Origin: Promethearchaeota archaeon
GTDB taxonomy: Archaea; Asgardarchaeota; Lokiarchaeia; Sigyniarchaeales; SOKP01
Length of the DNA: 64,000 nt
Assembly (NCBI GenBank): GCA_048940645.1
Contig: JBHLOI010000005.1
Location: 52,578-116,577, forward strand
Reading direction: 5' to 3'
The stretch's first letter is position 1; each line of letters opens with the position of its first letter. This document shows, piece after piece, positions 1 through 10,357 of the stretch. The translations under genes and the position numbers were made by a program. The notes beneath the pieces were generated by a model. It saw only the letters and a list, made by a program, of their open reading frames with translations, ran no database searches and was not told the DNA's origin.

Positions 1-1623
1 TTAGTTGTAGTGGGCGTTATATTAGCAGCAAATGGTGCATTTGTGCTTCTCATAATTCCAAGAATATTAATTTCAGCAGACATGTCGTTAATAGCGGGGG
101 TTTTAATAGCTCTCTTGATTGTCTTTCTTATTGGAACTACGTTAGCGGGATTGGGATTAATGCCTTTAGTTTTAAGATTCTTCATTCAAGTATTTCGTCT
201 ATTTTCTAAGAAATTAGCTCCTGTTTATAGAATATTTATATTTCGTTATGCAAGACGAAATGCCACGACTACTATTACTTTCGCTTTTACATTTTCTTTT
301 GTCATTTTTACAGCAGCTGCAATTCAATTTCTTACTAGTCAAGTTGAAATAGGAGCAAATTTATCATATGGATCAGATTTAGTTATTGAAACTACAGGGT
401 GGGAAGAAGAAGAGGAATTAGACCAAGGAGGAGGCCCTTTTGGCATCCAATCTATTATTCAAGGTTCGAATAGTATTTATTATTCTCAAGATATTCCGAT
501 TCAGTCTCAGACAACTGAATATCCAATAAACCCTACAAGAATTCTTACCACTGATTTTGAAGAAGTTTTACTTGGTATTGAGGGTATTGAAAAAGTTTCA
601 AGTGTTATTGCAAGTCCCTCTCATCTTACTCAAGTATATTCAGAAGAGGATAAAGAATTCACAGTAGAAATAGGAGATTATATTGGGTTATTTACACAAG
701 AAGTTACTCTATTAGGGATCGATGAGGAATTCATATCTACAATAAATACTAATTATATTGAACTTACAAAGGGAGGGATTGACGATTCCTTTGATCAATT
801 ATTTGATATTAATAATGGGTATACTTGTATTATTTCAGAAAGCTTATCTGTAGATTTGGATTTAACAATAAATAATTTTATCAGTTTATTTATGCAAAAA
901 GGAGAAGAAAGTGAAATATATACCTTTCAAATAGTGGGTGTTGCTGCGAGTATGCCAGGATTTTCTGAATTTTTTGGTAGATCAAGTTCAACTGCCCGTA
1001 TGGGAGGAGTTATGGTTTCACATAGTAATTATCTCGATATTATGGATATACCTCCTATCCCTTATGTTGACAAAATTTTTATTAAATTAAGATCAAATGA
1101 CTTGAGAACATCACAGACAATAGAGGAATTAATAGAAGATAATTTTGAAAGAGATTATGATTTCGAGGTTACTAACCTTAAAAGAACCGTTATATTACAA
1201 ACATCATTTTTTTCAATATTAGATATATTTTTTACAATAACGCTTGATGCAACAATCATTATTTCCTTATTTGGCTTATTATCATCTTCATATTCCACTA
1301 TTATAGAAAGAAAAAAGGAAATAGGTATTATACGAACTTTAGGTTTAAAAGGAAAACAAATTAATCATTTGTTTACAATTGAAGCATTAATTATTATGCT
1401 AAGTAGCGGGACTGTGGGAGTCATTGTGGGCTGGGCAACAGGATTATTATTATCATCTTCGATAAATGTATTAAGTAATTTACCCAATAGTCCGATTTTC
1501 CCCTTTAACAATATGATAACTATATATTTAGTTTCAATTATCGCAACTTTGATTGGAATGAAAATTTTATTGAGGAAAGTTCGTAAGAAAAAGATTGTAG
1601 ATATTTACAGAGAAACTATGTAA
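1..1623 (+). CDS. FtsX/MacB-family (type VII ABC) permease, C-terminal half; 5' end lies outside the window
   Basis: Frame is open from base 1. TM helices, a large extracytoplasmic loop, the FtsX signature ERKKEIGIIRTLG and 3 C-terminal TMs. Paralogous to 10358-13333. Confidence 0.9.
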   Translation, partial: LVVVGVILAANGAFVLLIIPRILISADMSLIAGVLIALLIVFLIGTTLAGLGLMPLVLRFFIQVFRLFSKKLAPVYRIFIFRYARRNATTTITFAFTFSFVIFTAAAIQFLTSQVEIGANLSYGSDLVIETTGWEEEEELDQGGGPFGIQSIIQGSNSIYYSQDIPIQSQTTEYPINPTRILTTDFEEVLLGIEGIEKVSSVIASPSHLTQVYSEEDKEFTVEIGDYIGLFTQEVTLLGIDEEFISTINTNYIELTKGGIDDSFDQLFDINNGYTCIISESLSVDLDLTINNFISLFMQKGEESEIYTFQIVGVAASMPGFSEFFGRSSSTARMGGVMVSHSNYLDIMDIPPIPYVDKIFIKLRSNDLRTSQTIEELIEDNFERDYDFEVTNLKRTVILQTSFFSILDIFFTITLDATIIISLFGLLSSSYSTIIERKKEIGIIRTLGLKGKQINHLFTIEALIIMLSSGTVGVIVGWATGLLLSSSINVLSNLPNSPIFPFNNMITIYLVSIIATLIGMKILLRKVRKKKIVDIYRETM

Positions 1624-1641
1624 GAGGTAATGGACTGAAAG

Positions 1642-4600
1642 ATGTTCAAAAATATTAATAGAAAAGTATTAATTATCGGCATTTTAATTATGGTTTTTAA
1701 TCCAATTTTAATTGTAAACTTTTTAAATTTAAGTTCTAAAAAAACCGTTAATAATGTCTCAGAAGATAATGTATTAAAAGCAGCAGATATTGCTGGCACT
1801 GATTTATATGCTGAAAGAATTAATGCATTTGTTGCTGGTAATAAGTCAATAATTAAGCAGTCTCTTTTCACTAATGATACTAATATCTTACCCCATTTTG
1901 ATCTCCGAGATCCAGCCTTTTATCAATGCAATCTTTTATTTAGCGCATCAAATGGGATTACTCCAAATATTTTTCCAAGAGTTTTAAATGAAAATGGGTT
2001 TTCTTATCAATATGAAATGTGTTTTAATGGTTTTTCTGGATTTCTTTATTATGATGAGAAGCTCGATGAAGACGACGCAAAAATAAGAGCGAATAGAGCC
2101 CTTGAAATAATTAGAAGAAAATTTGCGATTGACTTAATTTTGATAAACGTTTCAGAACCAAATTTTTTCCCTTTCATAGGACATTATCCAGATTGGAAGA
2201 TTTTCTTACATGAATTAACAACTAATTTACCCATGGATGGTTATTGGAAAGCTTTAGATATTAACCGATTAACAAGTGAAGAATATTTAGTGAATCATCA
2301 TATCTCCTCTACGTTTTTTCTATTAAATTCATTAGACTTCTTTGAAAAAGATCTTTTTGAATCAATAAATCAAGTAGATTTCAATTTAGATTCATTAGAT
2401 TTATCATTTATCTATAGTTTAGAAATTGAGAATCTTTTTGAACAATTTACAAATATAGATTTTGAAACGATTTTTGGTAATCTCTCACAATTTATAGGAG
2501 ATAATCAAACCATTTCACAAGAAGATGTTGAAGAATTTAGTGAATTTTTCGATATTTTCTCATTGTCAAATAAGTCGCATTATACAAGTATAATGATACA
2601 ATATGAAGGTGTAGAAGAAGCTATTCAGAAGGTTAGTAATAATCAATATAGGTTTAATTTATGGAATGCTTTAAATTATAGTGGAGAACCATTGCGGCCA
2701 AGTGAGAAAATATTTATAGCATTAGCAGGAGCCTTTATGAGTGAAATAGATATTACCATATTATGTTCTGATATTATTGATACCACCCCCGAGTATTTTG
2801 ATTTATATGATTTTTTATTAGAACAAATAGAATTGATTTTATTTTATGCGGGGGTTGATTTTGATATTGATACTGTAAGAGACTATACTTTTGAATTGTT
2901 TTGGGTTGATAAAGGTGGAATAAAACAAAATTATATTAAACCTGTAAATTTAGATGATCCAACTGATTTTATTAACTTCTTGCCCATTTTAGGAGTTCAA
3001 GGTCTTCCAAGTATTCCAACTGGAATATTCGACCCAATCCAAGAATTTATTGTAACTTATCTTATCAATACTTCTGAACCCAATATAATGATTAGAAAAG
3101 AATTAGTAAATGAAAATGCTTCATTCGGAGTATATAAGGATTTTTCATTTAATATCACCGCTAAAAACATTGGAAACGAAACATGTTGGGGCGTTCCAAC
3201 GCAATTTCCCTTAGATCTTGATGATTTTTTAAGTATTATAATATTACCGTTAATAGCACTCGACATCCTTGATGTTGATGATTTTAAAGATGATCTTTGG
3301 CAGTCGGTAGAAGACCTATATCCAAATCAATATGATTCTTTAGAAGATTTTTTTAATTGTGAAGAAGATCCACGCATTTTCTATTTTGATACACTGGGTT
3401 TGGGATTAATTGATACATATTATCCAAATATAAACAATGTGTCAAATCTATGGCCTTATAATGAGAATGCTGATGCTGTGTTAGCTGATACCTTCACTAC
3501 TAATCAAATCTATAATATATTAGATCTAGAAGAATCACAAGAACTTTTTACAAATGAATATAGCATTTGGAATGCAGAAAATTGGAGATTAGAGCCTGGT
3601 GAAAAAATTTCCTATATTTATTCTAATTTTTCTATAGATGCTTATGATTCCTATACGGAGTTCTATAAATATAACTTCACCATTAAAGAGAGTATTCCTA
3701 AGCTCCCGGTTATCATTTCTGGATTTTCTATTATGGGTACCAATCCTTATATGGCATTGACTAACGATGAGGAAAGCTGGGTTATTGAAGCAGAAGAAAA
3801 GTATCTAGATCAATATGATTTAGAACTTGTTTTTCTCTTTCAGAATCATACTAATATAGATTTTACCAATAAATCTTTAGATAGCATTTCAATTAGTATA
3901 AATTACACAGGTCCCTTCGATGTAATAGAATTAGAAGTGTTTAATTACTCAGTTGAAGAATATCAAAATATTAACCCCTATTTAACATCTAGAGATAATA
4001 ATACGTCTACATTTTCCTTTACAAATGTAAATGGAGATTTAAATTGGATCTTTGACCCATATGCTCCAAATAATTATACGATTATTATTAGAATAAAAGG
4101 GACAGATTCAAATGTGTTTAATGTCTCTATTAATGATTTTAATATTCATTTTTTATATCGAGATATTAACGAATATAAAGGACAAAGTTCAAGAATAATA
4201 TACTCATCAACGTCAGGGAAGATTCAATATGTCAGAAGATCTAATTCTATTTCACTTAGCACTCATAATATGAGTTCTATCATAGCGTTTTCGCAATTAA
4301 GTAATTATAATTTAAGAGTAGGGGATTTGAATACATATACGTTACATTTTCAAAATATAGGTACCAATATTGCCCAAGCTGTAAATATTTCGATCTTAAT
4401 TCCAGGGATCATACAAGATAATAATAATTTTACTATCAAAGATAATTATTTAACCTATTTCTTACCTGAACTTGCCCCATTAGAAGAAAAAGAGATTAGT
4501 TTCACGTTCTATGTCCCTAATTCTGAGTCCATATTTTCCACTGTAATTATTTACAAGGATTCCCAATTAATTGCTAATCTTAATAATAGTGAGCTAAATG

Positions 4601-5601
4601 CAAAACCTAATGAAGTCTATTTATCTGCCTTAGTTGATTATTATGATTATTTTCCTTTTGTTCATGCTTTAGAGATTTATCTCAACTCCTCAAACTTGGC
4701 ACCCTCAATTGGAGGTTTATTTAATTTATCTCTAAACTTAAAAAATGTCGGGCCATCTAATTTTTCTATAGAGGAAATTAATTTTACTCTAGGGGATCAG
4801 TTTGGTGATCTTATTTATGCTAGTCCTAATCATTCTTTAAGTCTTAAAAATATTGAATTTAATAATATAAGAACTATCAATTTTACTTTAAAAAAGAATG
4901 ATTGGAAAGGTTATTATTATCCTTCTATTGCTTATCTTGATAATAAAGATAACAGAATCTTTCAAATTTTATCCTCAACTCCAATTGTTTTAGGTAATAT
5001 TTCATTCTTAATCTCTAAATCTGTGAGCCAAAATCAAATAGAAGTTGGAGAAATTATTACTGTAAACGTTACTATTGTAAATACAGGAACAATTTGCGTA
5101 AAAAATGTTACATTAAGTGATATAATTAGTTTTAATCAAATAGAGTTTACGCTTATTGAAGGGAATTTAATTAAAATGATTGAACAACTTGAAGCTAATG
5201 AAACTATCTCGATTTCATATAAAATTAAAGCAAAAACTCAATCACTAGTTACATTAAAACCAGCAAGTATAGAATATTATTTTTTGTCAAAATCTAAAGA
5301 AATTTCAAACCAAATTATGGTAAAAATTATAATTCCTACGAGAATTCAACTTTATTTTACTTTTATTCCCTCATTGGTTTCATTATTAATTTTGATATAC
5401 TTTATTTGGCGTACTCGTAAATATAGAACAAGGAAATATGAAATTCAAAGAAGTGAGATGGTGCTTTTTAAAAAAGGACCGCGAGAATCAATTCTGAAAA
5501 TCGAGAATACACTAAAAGAACAGTTAGCAAAACTAGACCAGGAAAAAAATAAGATTCCTAAGGTGACTGATAATACTACAAACAATGGAGGAGGTGAATA
5601 A
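1642..5601 (+). CDS. Giant secreted, membrane-anchored protein (1319 aa) with C-terminal Ig-like BatD/TRAP-beta-like domains
   Basis: N-terminal basic+hydrophobic signal, repeated N-x-G Ig-like strands (KNIG, QNIG, KNVG, VNTG), C-terminal TM and basic tail. SD GAGGT upstream. Confidence 0.75.
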   Translation: MFKNINRKVLIIGILIMVFNPILIVNFLNLSSKKTVNNVSEDNVLKAADIAGTDLYAERINAFVAGNKSIIKQSLFTNDTNILPHFDLRDPAFYQCNLLFSASNGITPNIFPRVLNENGFSYQYEMCFNGFSGFLYYDEKLDEDDAKIRANRALEIIRRKFAIDLILINVSEPNFFPFIGHYPDWKIFLHELTTNLPMDGYWKALDINRLTSEEYLVNHHISSTFFLLNSLDFFEKDLFESINQVDFNLDSLDLSFIYSLEIENLFEQFTNIDFETIFGNLSQFIGDNQTISQEDVEEFSEFFDIFSLSNKSHYTSIMIQYEGVEEAIQKVSNNQYRFNLWNALNYSGEPLRPSEKIFIALAGAFMSEIDITILCSDIIDTTPEYFDLYDFLLEQIELILFYAGVDFDIDTVRDYTFELFWVDKGGIKQNYIKPVNLDDPTDFINFLPILGVQGLPSIPTGIFDPIQEFIVTYLINTSEPNIMIRKELVNENASFGVYKDFSFNITAKNIGNETCWGVPTQFPLDLDDFLSIIILPLIALDILDVDDFKDDLWQSVEDLYPNQYDSLEDFFNCEEDPRIFYFDTLGLGLIDTYYPNINNVSNLWPYNENADAVLADTFTTNQIYNILDLEESQELFTNEYSIWNAENWRLEPGEKISYIYSNFSIDAYDSYTEFYKYNFTIKESIPKLPVIISGFSIMGTNPYMALTNDEESWVIEAEEKYLDQYDLELVFLFQNHTNIDFTNKSLDSISISINYTGPFDVIELEVFNYSVEEYQNINPYLTSRDNNTSTFSFTNVNGDLNWIFDPYAPNNYTIIIRIKGTDSNVFNVSINDFNIHFLYRDINEYKGQSSRIIYSSTSGKIQYVRRSNSISLSTHNMSSIIAFSQLSNYNLRVGDLNTYTLHFQNIGTNIAQAVNISILIPGIIQDNNNFTIKDNYLTYFLPELAPLEEKEISFTFYVPNSESIFSTVIIYKDSQLIANLNNSELNAKPNEVYLSALVDYYDYFPFVHALEIYLNSSNLAPSIGGLFNLSLNLKNVGPSNFSIEEINFTLGDQFGDLIYASPNHSLSLKNIEFNNIRTINFTLKKNDWKGYYYPSIAYLDNKDNRIFQILSSTPIVLGNISFLISKSVSQNQIEVGEIITVNVTIVNTGTICVKNVTLSDIISFNQIEFTLIEGNLIKMIEQLEANETISISYKIKAKTQSLVTLKPASIEYYFLSKSKEISNQIMVKIIIPTRIQLYFTFIPSLVSLLILIYFIWRTRKYRTRKYEIQRSEMVLFKKGPRESILKIENTLKEQLAKLDQEKNKIPKVTDNTTNNGGGE
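5587..5597 (+). promoter_or_regulatory. Strong Shine-Dalgarno GGAGGAGGTGA for the subtilase gene
   Basis: Anti-SD-complementary sequence inside the last codons (GGGE) of the upstream gene, 9 nt before the in-frame CTG at 5607. Confidence 0.7.
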
Positions 5602-5606
5602 AGACA

Positions 5607-8600
5607 CTGAGAAAAAAGCTAAATAGCGTTATTTTATTAATATTAATTATAGTTTCAAATTTAGGATTTTTAGTTTTATATCATAATCTATATTCTGCAT
5701 CTAATTCTTTCGATAATAGAGAAAAAAAATATGAAGTTCAAATTTCGGATATAAGTAATGAACATGTTATTGTTTTTTTCAACCAATCCTCCTACAATCC
5801 AAATGTGAAATTAAGGTTTGAGTATTATGGAGGAATAGTGAAACTTGAAAATGATTGGAATAATATATTTAGTTCAATATCTGGTTTTTCTGGTATCATA
5901 CCTATCGAGAACATTACTCTATTTAAAAATGAATTTCCTGATATAAATATTGAAATCGATGAAATAATTGAGACTCAAATGAATTATGCTAGTTTTCAAA
6001 CGGGAGCAAAAAATTCAACGTGGTACCTTAATGGTTATACTGGAAACACAGATTCCTCAATTGCTGTTTTAGATAGCGGCCTAAATTTGAATCATGTTTT
6101 TTTAAAAGATAAAGTTTCCGGTTGGCAGAGTTTTATTGAGGATAAATCAATTTTAGATGATTTTGGCCATGGGACATTAATATCATCCATTATTGCTGGT
6201 ACGGGTTCTGATTTGTATAATTCAGGTACTCCTTCCATAGTAAATCTCTATGGCAAATATTCCCATATAGATTTATTTGGATCTGATCCAAGTCCAAATA
6301 ATTTTACAATAAAGGCTTTCTCCTTTAATACATCTAAAATTAATTCAAAAATTATCTTAAATTCATCATGGAATTTATTAAAAGATGGGATTGACGGATT
6401 TTGGTTTGAATTATACTGTGATAATATTTTAGTAAATTCGTCTAGCAATGTTATTCCTACTCAAAGAAATTTAATAATTCATCAAGTTTCTGAAAGTGGT
6501 TTAGGTGTCTATGATCTTTATATTAAATACCATAAAACTAATAAATTTCCAATATTCTCTTTTAATTCGAGTACCTCATTTTTTCCAGAATTTTATGTAA
6601 TAAATAATAATCACTATACAGGTATTGCTAATAGTTCCCAAATTTTAGCGTATAAAATAGTTAATGAAACGGGTAAAGGTTATGTTTCTGATTTGATTTC
6701 TGCATTAGGAAGCATAATTCAAAATAGAAGTAAATACCATATAGTGAGTACGTGTTTAAGTATTGGGACTTATGGAGATAATTTTGGGGCTATTAATAAA
6801 GTAATAGATGATGTTATTGATAACGGGATTATGGTAATTATTGCTGCAGGAAATAGAGGTGTATTGGGTACACAATCCACCGTGAATAAGTTAGCTATAG
6901 CTAATGATGCTATAGTTGTAGGAGCTACCAATGATAATGACCAAATTACTTCCTATAGTGGAATAGGGCACCAGTTAGATATTGTTGCTCCTGGTGGTAG
7001 TAAATTAAGAAACCATAGGACGGTAATTAGCGCAGATTTTAAATCTAATTCAACAACCTCTGCATTTGGGACTTCTATATCTACAGCTATAGTTTCTGCT
7101 GCTACGAATGTTTTAATTGAAGCAATATGGGGCGATTGGACAGAATGGGAGGATCATGATCCTCAAGAAAGAGTAGGAATTATCAAATCAATTTTATTAA
7201 TGACAGCTTCTGAAACCAATCTCCAAAGAGAGAATGATCCTCTAACTAGTGTTGACGAAAGGCAGTATTCACCTGCAAGTTTTTCAGGATCGTTAAATAG
7301 TATAAAAGATGAACATGAAGGGTATGGTAGAATTAATCTTCAAGTAGCAATTGATGCTTTAACGAAATATTTAGACGTAAATACTTCAATTAGCGATTAT
7401 TTATATAGTTCAGAAGAAAATCCCCTCGCTAAACATGCTTTCGCAAGAAGAGTAGTTTTAAAGCCAAATAAACAATACCTTTTTAATATTACAAGTAAGG
7501 ACACAACAGGAGATTTTGATCTATTCTTATTTTCAAATGAATCTAAGGGGAATGGAGAGCCAATCATACTCCAAACCTCGGGAAATTGGTTAGATTTGCT
7601 CTACTTTACTCCTAAACAGAATCAAACAGAATGTATAATTGTTGTAAAAACTAATAATGGCTATGGTAATTTTACTTTGAAGATTTCAAACGTTAAAAAC
7701 AATTATGCGCCTCAATTAGAAATTCCTGAAATTTCATATTTTGATGATACCAAATCTAAAAATACTACAGTTATGGGATTTCAAGAGTATACAGGGAGTT
7801 ATCGTCCTAAGAATTATTCGATTGATAGTTATCGGTTCTATATAAACTATTTTGATAATGACTCAACTAATATCCCACCTCAAGAAGTATATGTATCGAT
7901 TATCGAACTCTCTATGAATTACTCATTATCTCAAGATAATGAGTCAGATAATAATTATATGGATGGAGCGTTGTTTATTAGCAACTATCTTAAATTGTCA
8001 GTCCCAATGATATACCATTATTTTTTTATTGCAAGCGATGGTTCGCATATAACAAGATACCCCGAAATCGGTGAAATTTCTATTCTCATAGAATATCCCT
8101 ACGACTCTGAAAAGTTTCCGAATTATCATAGTTTTAACACTGGTCTGGGAAATTGGACTTTTAATGGCACAGGATGGGGACTGTTAAAACAATATAATTC
8201 TGTTGATAATCGAGCGAATATTTATGAAAATAATTGGACTTCTTTGTATTTTGGAGCATCTCATAATTATCCTATGAATTATTCATATCAACCTTCCTTA
8301 ATTACAGAATCTTATCCAAATGGAACATTATTCAGTCCTCTATTTGATTTGACTCAATTAAACGAGAATCTTACGACACCTTTTGCTAAATTTGGATTGA
8401 GAACAAGTATTAATTTAGGAGATTTAATAATCTTAGAAATCGGCTTAAATTGGACAAATTGGATTACACTAAGGATATTTACTAATGAAGAAAGAGAGTG
8501 GTATATTGAAGAATTTAATTTAACCGAATATATTGGAAATTTTATTCAATTCAGATTCATTTCATTTTTGGATGATAATTTTGACCCTCTGAATTATAAG

Positions 8601-10328
8601 GGGTTAATGCTGGATTCTTTTGAACTAAGTAATTATTCAAATTTATATACCCCTCGCATCTTTTTTGATTTGAGCAAGGACATTTCCTCACTTAATGGTT
8701 CAAAATTCGAAAAGTTTGGTTTTTCTTGTGAATATTTTGATAGGGATAACAATTATCCGGATTTTGTATATATCGAAATGGATGGAGCTAATTATTCAAT
8801 GTATAACGTGTTTGGACATTGGAATATTAGCTTAAATATTAAATTTATCAGATCATTATTATTAGGCGAGATAAATAATCATACTTTTAGATTTCATGCA
8901 TCTGATGGCATATATATTAATTCTACTGAATGGTTCAATATTAATAACACCCTCTTTAATTTTATTAATCCCATACCTTATCAGTTTAATTTGAATTATA
9001 GCAATAAATTAATTGGATACCAATTTTCAAGCAAAGTTATGACAGATTATTATGTTGTAGGAACCCCAAATCCTAAAGAAAGTACTGCTTGGTTTAACGG
9101 AGATAATACATGGCATCCAATTAAACGATATCAACAAGATTATATTTATGGAGGTAGAGGAAATAGTTATAAAAGTATATATCAAGGATATGGACCAAAT
9201 TGGGATACAAAATTAATTACATATCCACTATATTTAAGAAGTGAATATAATTGTTATCTAAAATTTGATTATGAAATTGTTCTACAAGAAGACTTAGATA
9301 GGTGTATTATCTCCGTATCAATAGATTATGGAGAAAATTGGATTATATTAAAAGAATATTATTCTGATTTATCAGGGAATGAGTCTATAGATCTCTCAGA
9401 ATATACAGACGAAATAATTATGGTTATGTTTACCATAAACTCTGATGATGAGACGACAAGTCTAGGATATGGCTGGCTTTTATCAAACATATATATTGGT
9501 TATGATAAAACAACAGATTTTATAAATCCAAAAGTTTACATTATTAGCCCATTAAATCAAGAGACTGTAAGTTCAATTTATACCATAAGAGCAAATTTAT
9601 CGGATAATATTAACTTAGATAGCTCAAGGATTTATATCTATATAGATGGAGTACTTGTAGAAAGAAATTTATATAGTTTTGACAAGGACACAGGAATTTT
9701 AGAATATAAATGGGATACAACTTATTATTCTGATGGAAAACACGAAATAAGTGTAACTGCTTTTGATAAAGAGGGAAATAGAGAAGACGCAACTGTTAAT
9801 GTAATCGTGCGAAATGGATTTTTCAACTGGCGCACTTGGGGACCATGGGTAATGGTTTTTCTAGGTTTAATTATTATCGGTTTTATTACTTATAAAGTAG
9901 CTAAAAGGAAGATAAAGATTAGGAAGGAAAGAATTAAGAATTTAAGTATAGAAAAAATTAGATTTAAAGAAATAGAGACAGAGCAAAAAATAAAAAGAAT
10001 TGAGGCAATTAAATTAGAGGAAGAAAGGGGCAGACCTTTAACACTTTATTGTAAATATTGTAAATCATGGTTTAAATCAATTAAATTCGATTATATTTGT
10101 CCTATTTGTGAACATGATCAGATTTATGCTGCGTATAATTGCTTAAATTGTAATAAATGGTATTTTAAAGATGAACCTGCCGAGGATTATTATTGTAAAA
10201 ATAAAACTTGTAAAAATATAAGATTAGTTAGAAGAGAAGAAGAAGAGATAAAAGAAATTCTGGAAAATGATGGGATTATACTTCGGAAATTTGATCGAAA
10301 AAAAAGGAAATTCAGTATATTAGATTAA
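5607..10328 (+). CDS. Membrane-anchored S8 subtilase-family protease with PPC, jelly-roll and Ig domains and a cytoplasmic Cys8 Zn-finger tail; probable CTG start (track starts at 5805)
   Basis: Triad motifs AVLDSG, GHGT, GTSIS and oxyanion AAGN. Frame is open back to 5598 and encodes a signal peptide. TM at about 9840-9900, then CKYC/CPIC/CLNC/CKNKTC. Confidence 0.85.
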   Translation: MRKKLNSVILLILIIVSNLGFLVLYHNLYSASNSFDNREKKYEVQISDISNEHVIVFFNQSSYNPNVKLRFEYYGGIVKLENDWNNIFSSISGFSGIIPIENITLFKNEFPDINIEIDEIIETQMNYASFQTGAKNSTWYLNGYTGNTDSSIAVLDSGLNLNHVFLKDKVSGWQSFIEDKSILDDFGHGTLISSIIAGTGSDLYNSGTPSIVNLYGKYSHIDLFGSDPSPNNFTIKAFSFNTSKINSKIILNSSWNLLKDGIDGFWFELYCDNILVNSSSNVIPTQRNLIIHQVSESGLGVYDLYIKYHKTNKFPIFSFNSSTSFFPEFYVINNNHYTGIANSSQILAYKIVNETGKGYVSDLISALGSIIQNRSKYHIVSTCLSIGTYGDNFGAINKVIDDVIDNGIMVIIAAGNRGVLGTQSTVNKLAIANDAIVVGATNDNDQITSYSGIGHQLDIVAPGGSKLRNHRTVISADFKSNSTTSAFGTSISTAIVSAATNVLIEAIWGDWTEWEDHDPQERVGIIKSILLMTASETNLQRENDPLTSVDERQYSPASFSGSLNSIKDEHEGYGRINLQVAIDALTKYLDVNTSISDYLYSSEENPLAKHAFARRVVLKPNKQYLFNITSKDTTGDFDLFLFSNESKGNGEPIILQTSGNWLDLLYFTPKQNQTECIIVVKTNNGYGNFTLKISNVKNNYAPQLEIPEISYFDDTKSKNTTVMGFQEYTGSYRPKNYSIDSYRFYINYFDNDSTNIPPQEVYVSIIELSMNYSLSQDNESDNNYMDGALFISNYLKLSVPMIYHYFFIASDGSHITRYPEIGEISILIEYPYDSEKFPNYHSFNTGLGNWTFNGTGWGLLKQYNSVDNRANIYENNWTSLYFGASHNYPMNYSYQPSLITESYPNGTLFSPLFDLTQLNENLTTPFAKFGLRTSINLGDLIILEIGLNWTNWITLRIFTNEEREWYIEEFNLTEYIGNFIQFRFISFLDDNFDPLNYKGLMLDSFELSNYSNLYTPRIFFDLSKDISSLNGSKFEKFGFSCEYFDRDNNYPDFVYIEMDGANYSMYNVFGHWNISLNIKFIRSLLLGEINNHTFRFHASDGIYINSTEWFNINNTLFNFINPIPYQFNLNYSNKLIGYQFSSKVMTDYYVVGTPNPKESTAWFNGDNTWHPIKRYQQDYIYGGRGNSYKSIYQGYGPNWDTKLITYPLYLRSEYNCYLKFDYEIVLQEDLDRCIISVSIDYGENWIILKEYYSDLSGNESIDLSEYTDEIIMVMFTINSDDETTSLGYGWLLSNIYIGYDKTTDFINPKVYIISPLNQETVSSIYTIRANLSDNINLDSSRIYIYIDGVLVERNLYSFDKDTGILEYKWDTTYYSDGKHEISVTAFDKEGNREDATVNVIVRNGFFNWRTWGPWVMVFLGLIIIGFITYKVAKRKIKIRKERIKNLSIEKIRFKEIETEQKIKRIEAIKLEEERGRPLTLYCKYCKSWFKSIKFDYICPICEHDQIYAAYNCLNCNKWYFKDEPAEDYYCKNKTCKNIRLVRREEEEIKEILENDGIILRKFDRKKRKFSILD

Positions 10329-10357
10329 TAAGAATAATTAAAATATGAAGTGATAAA

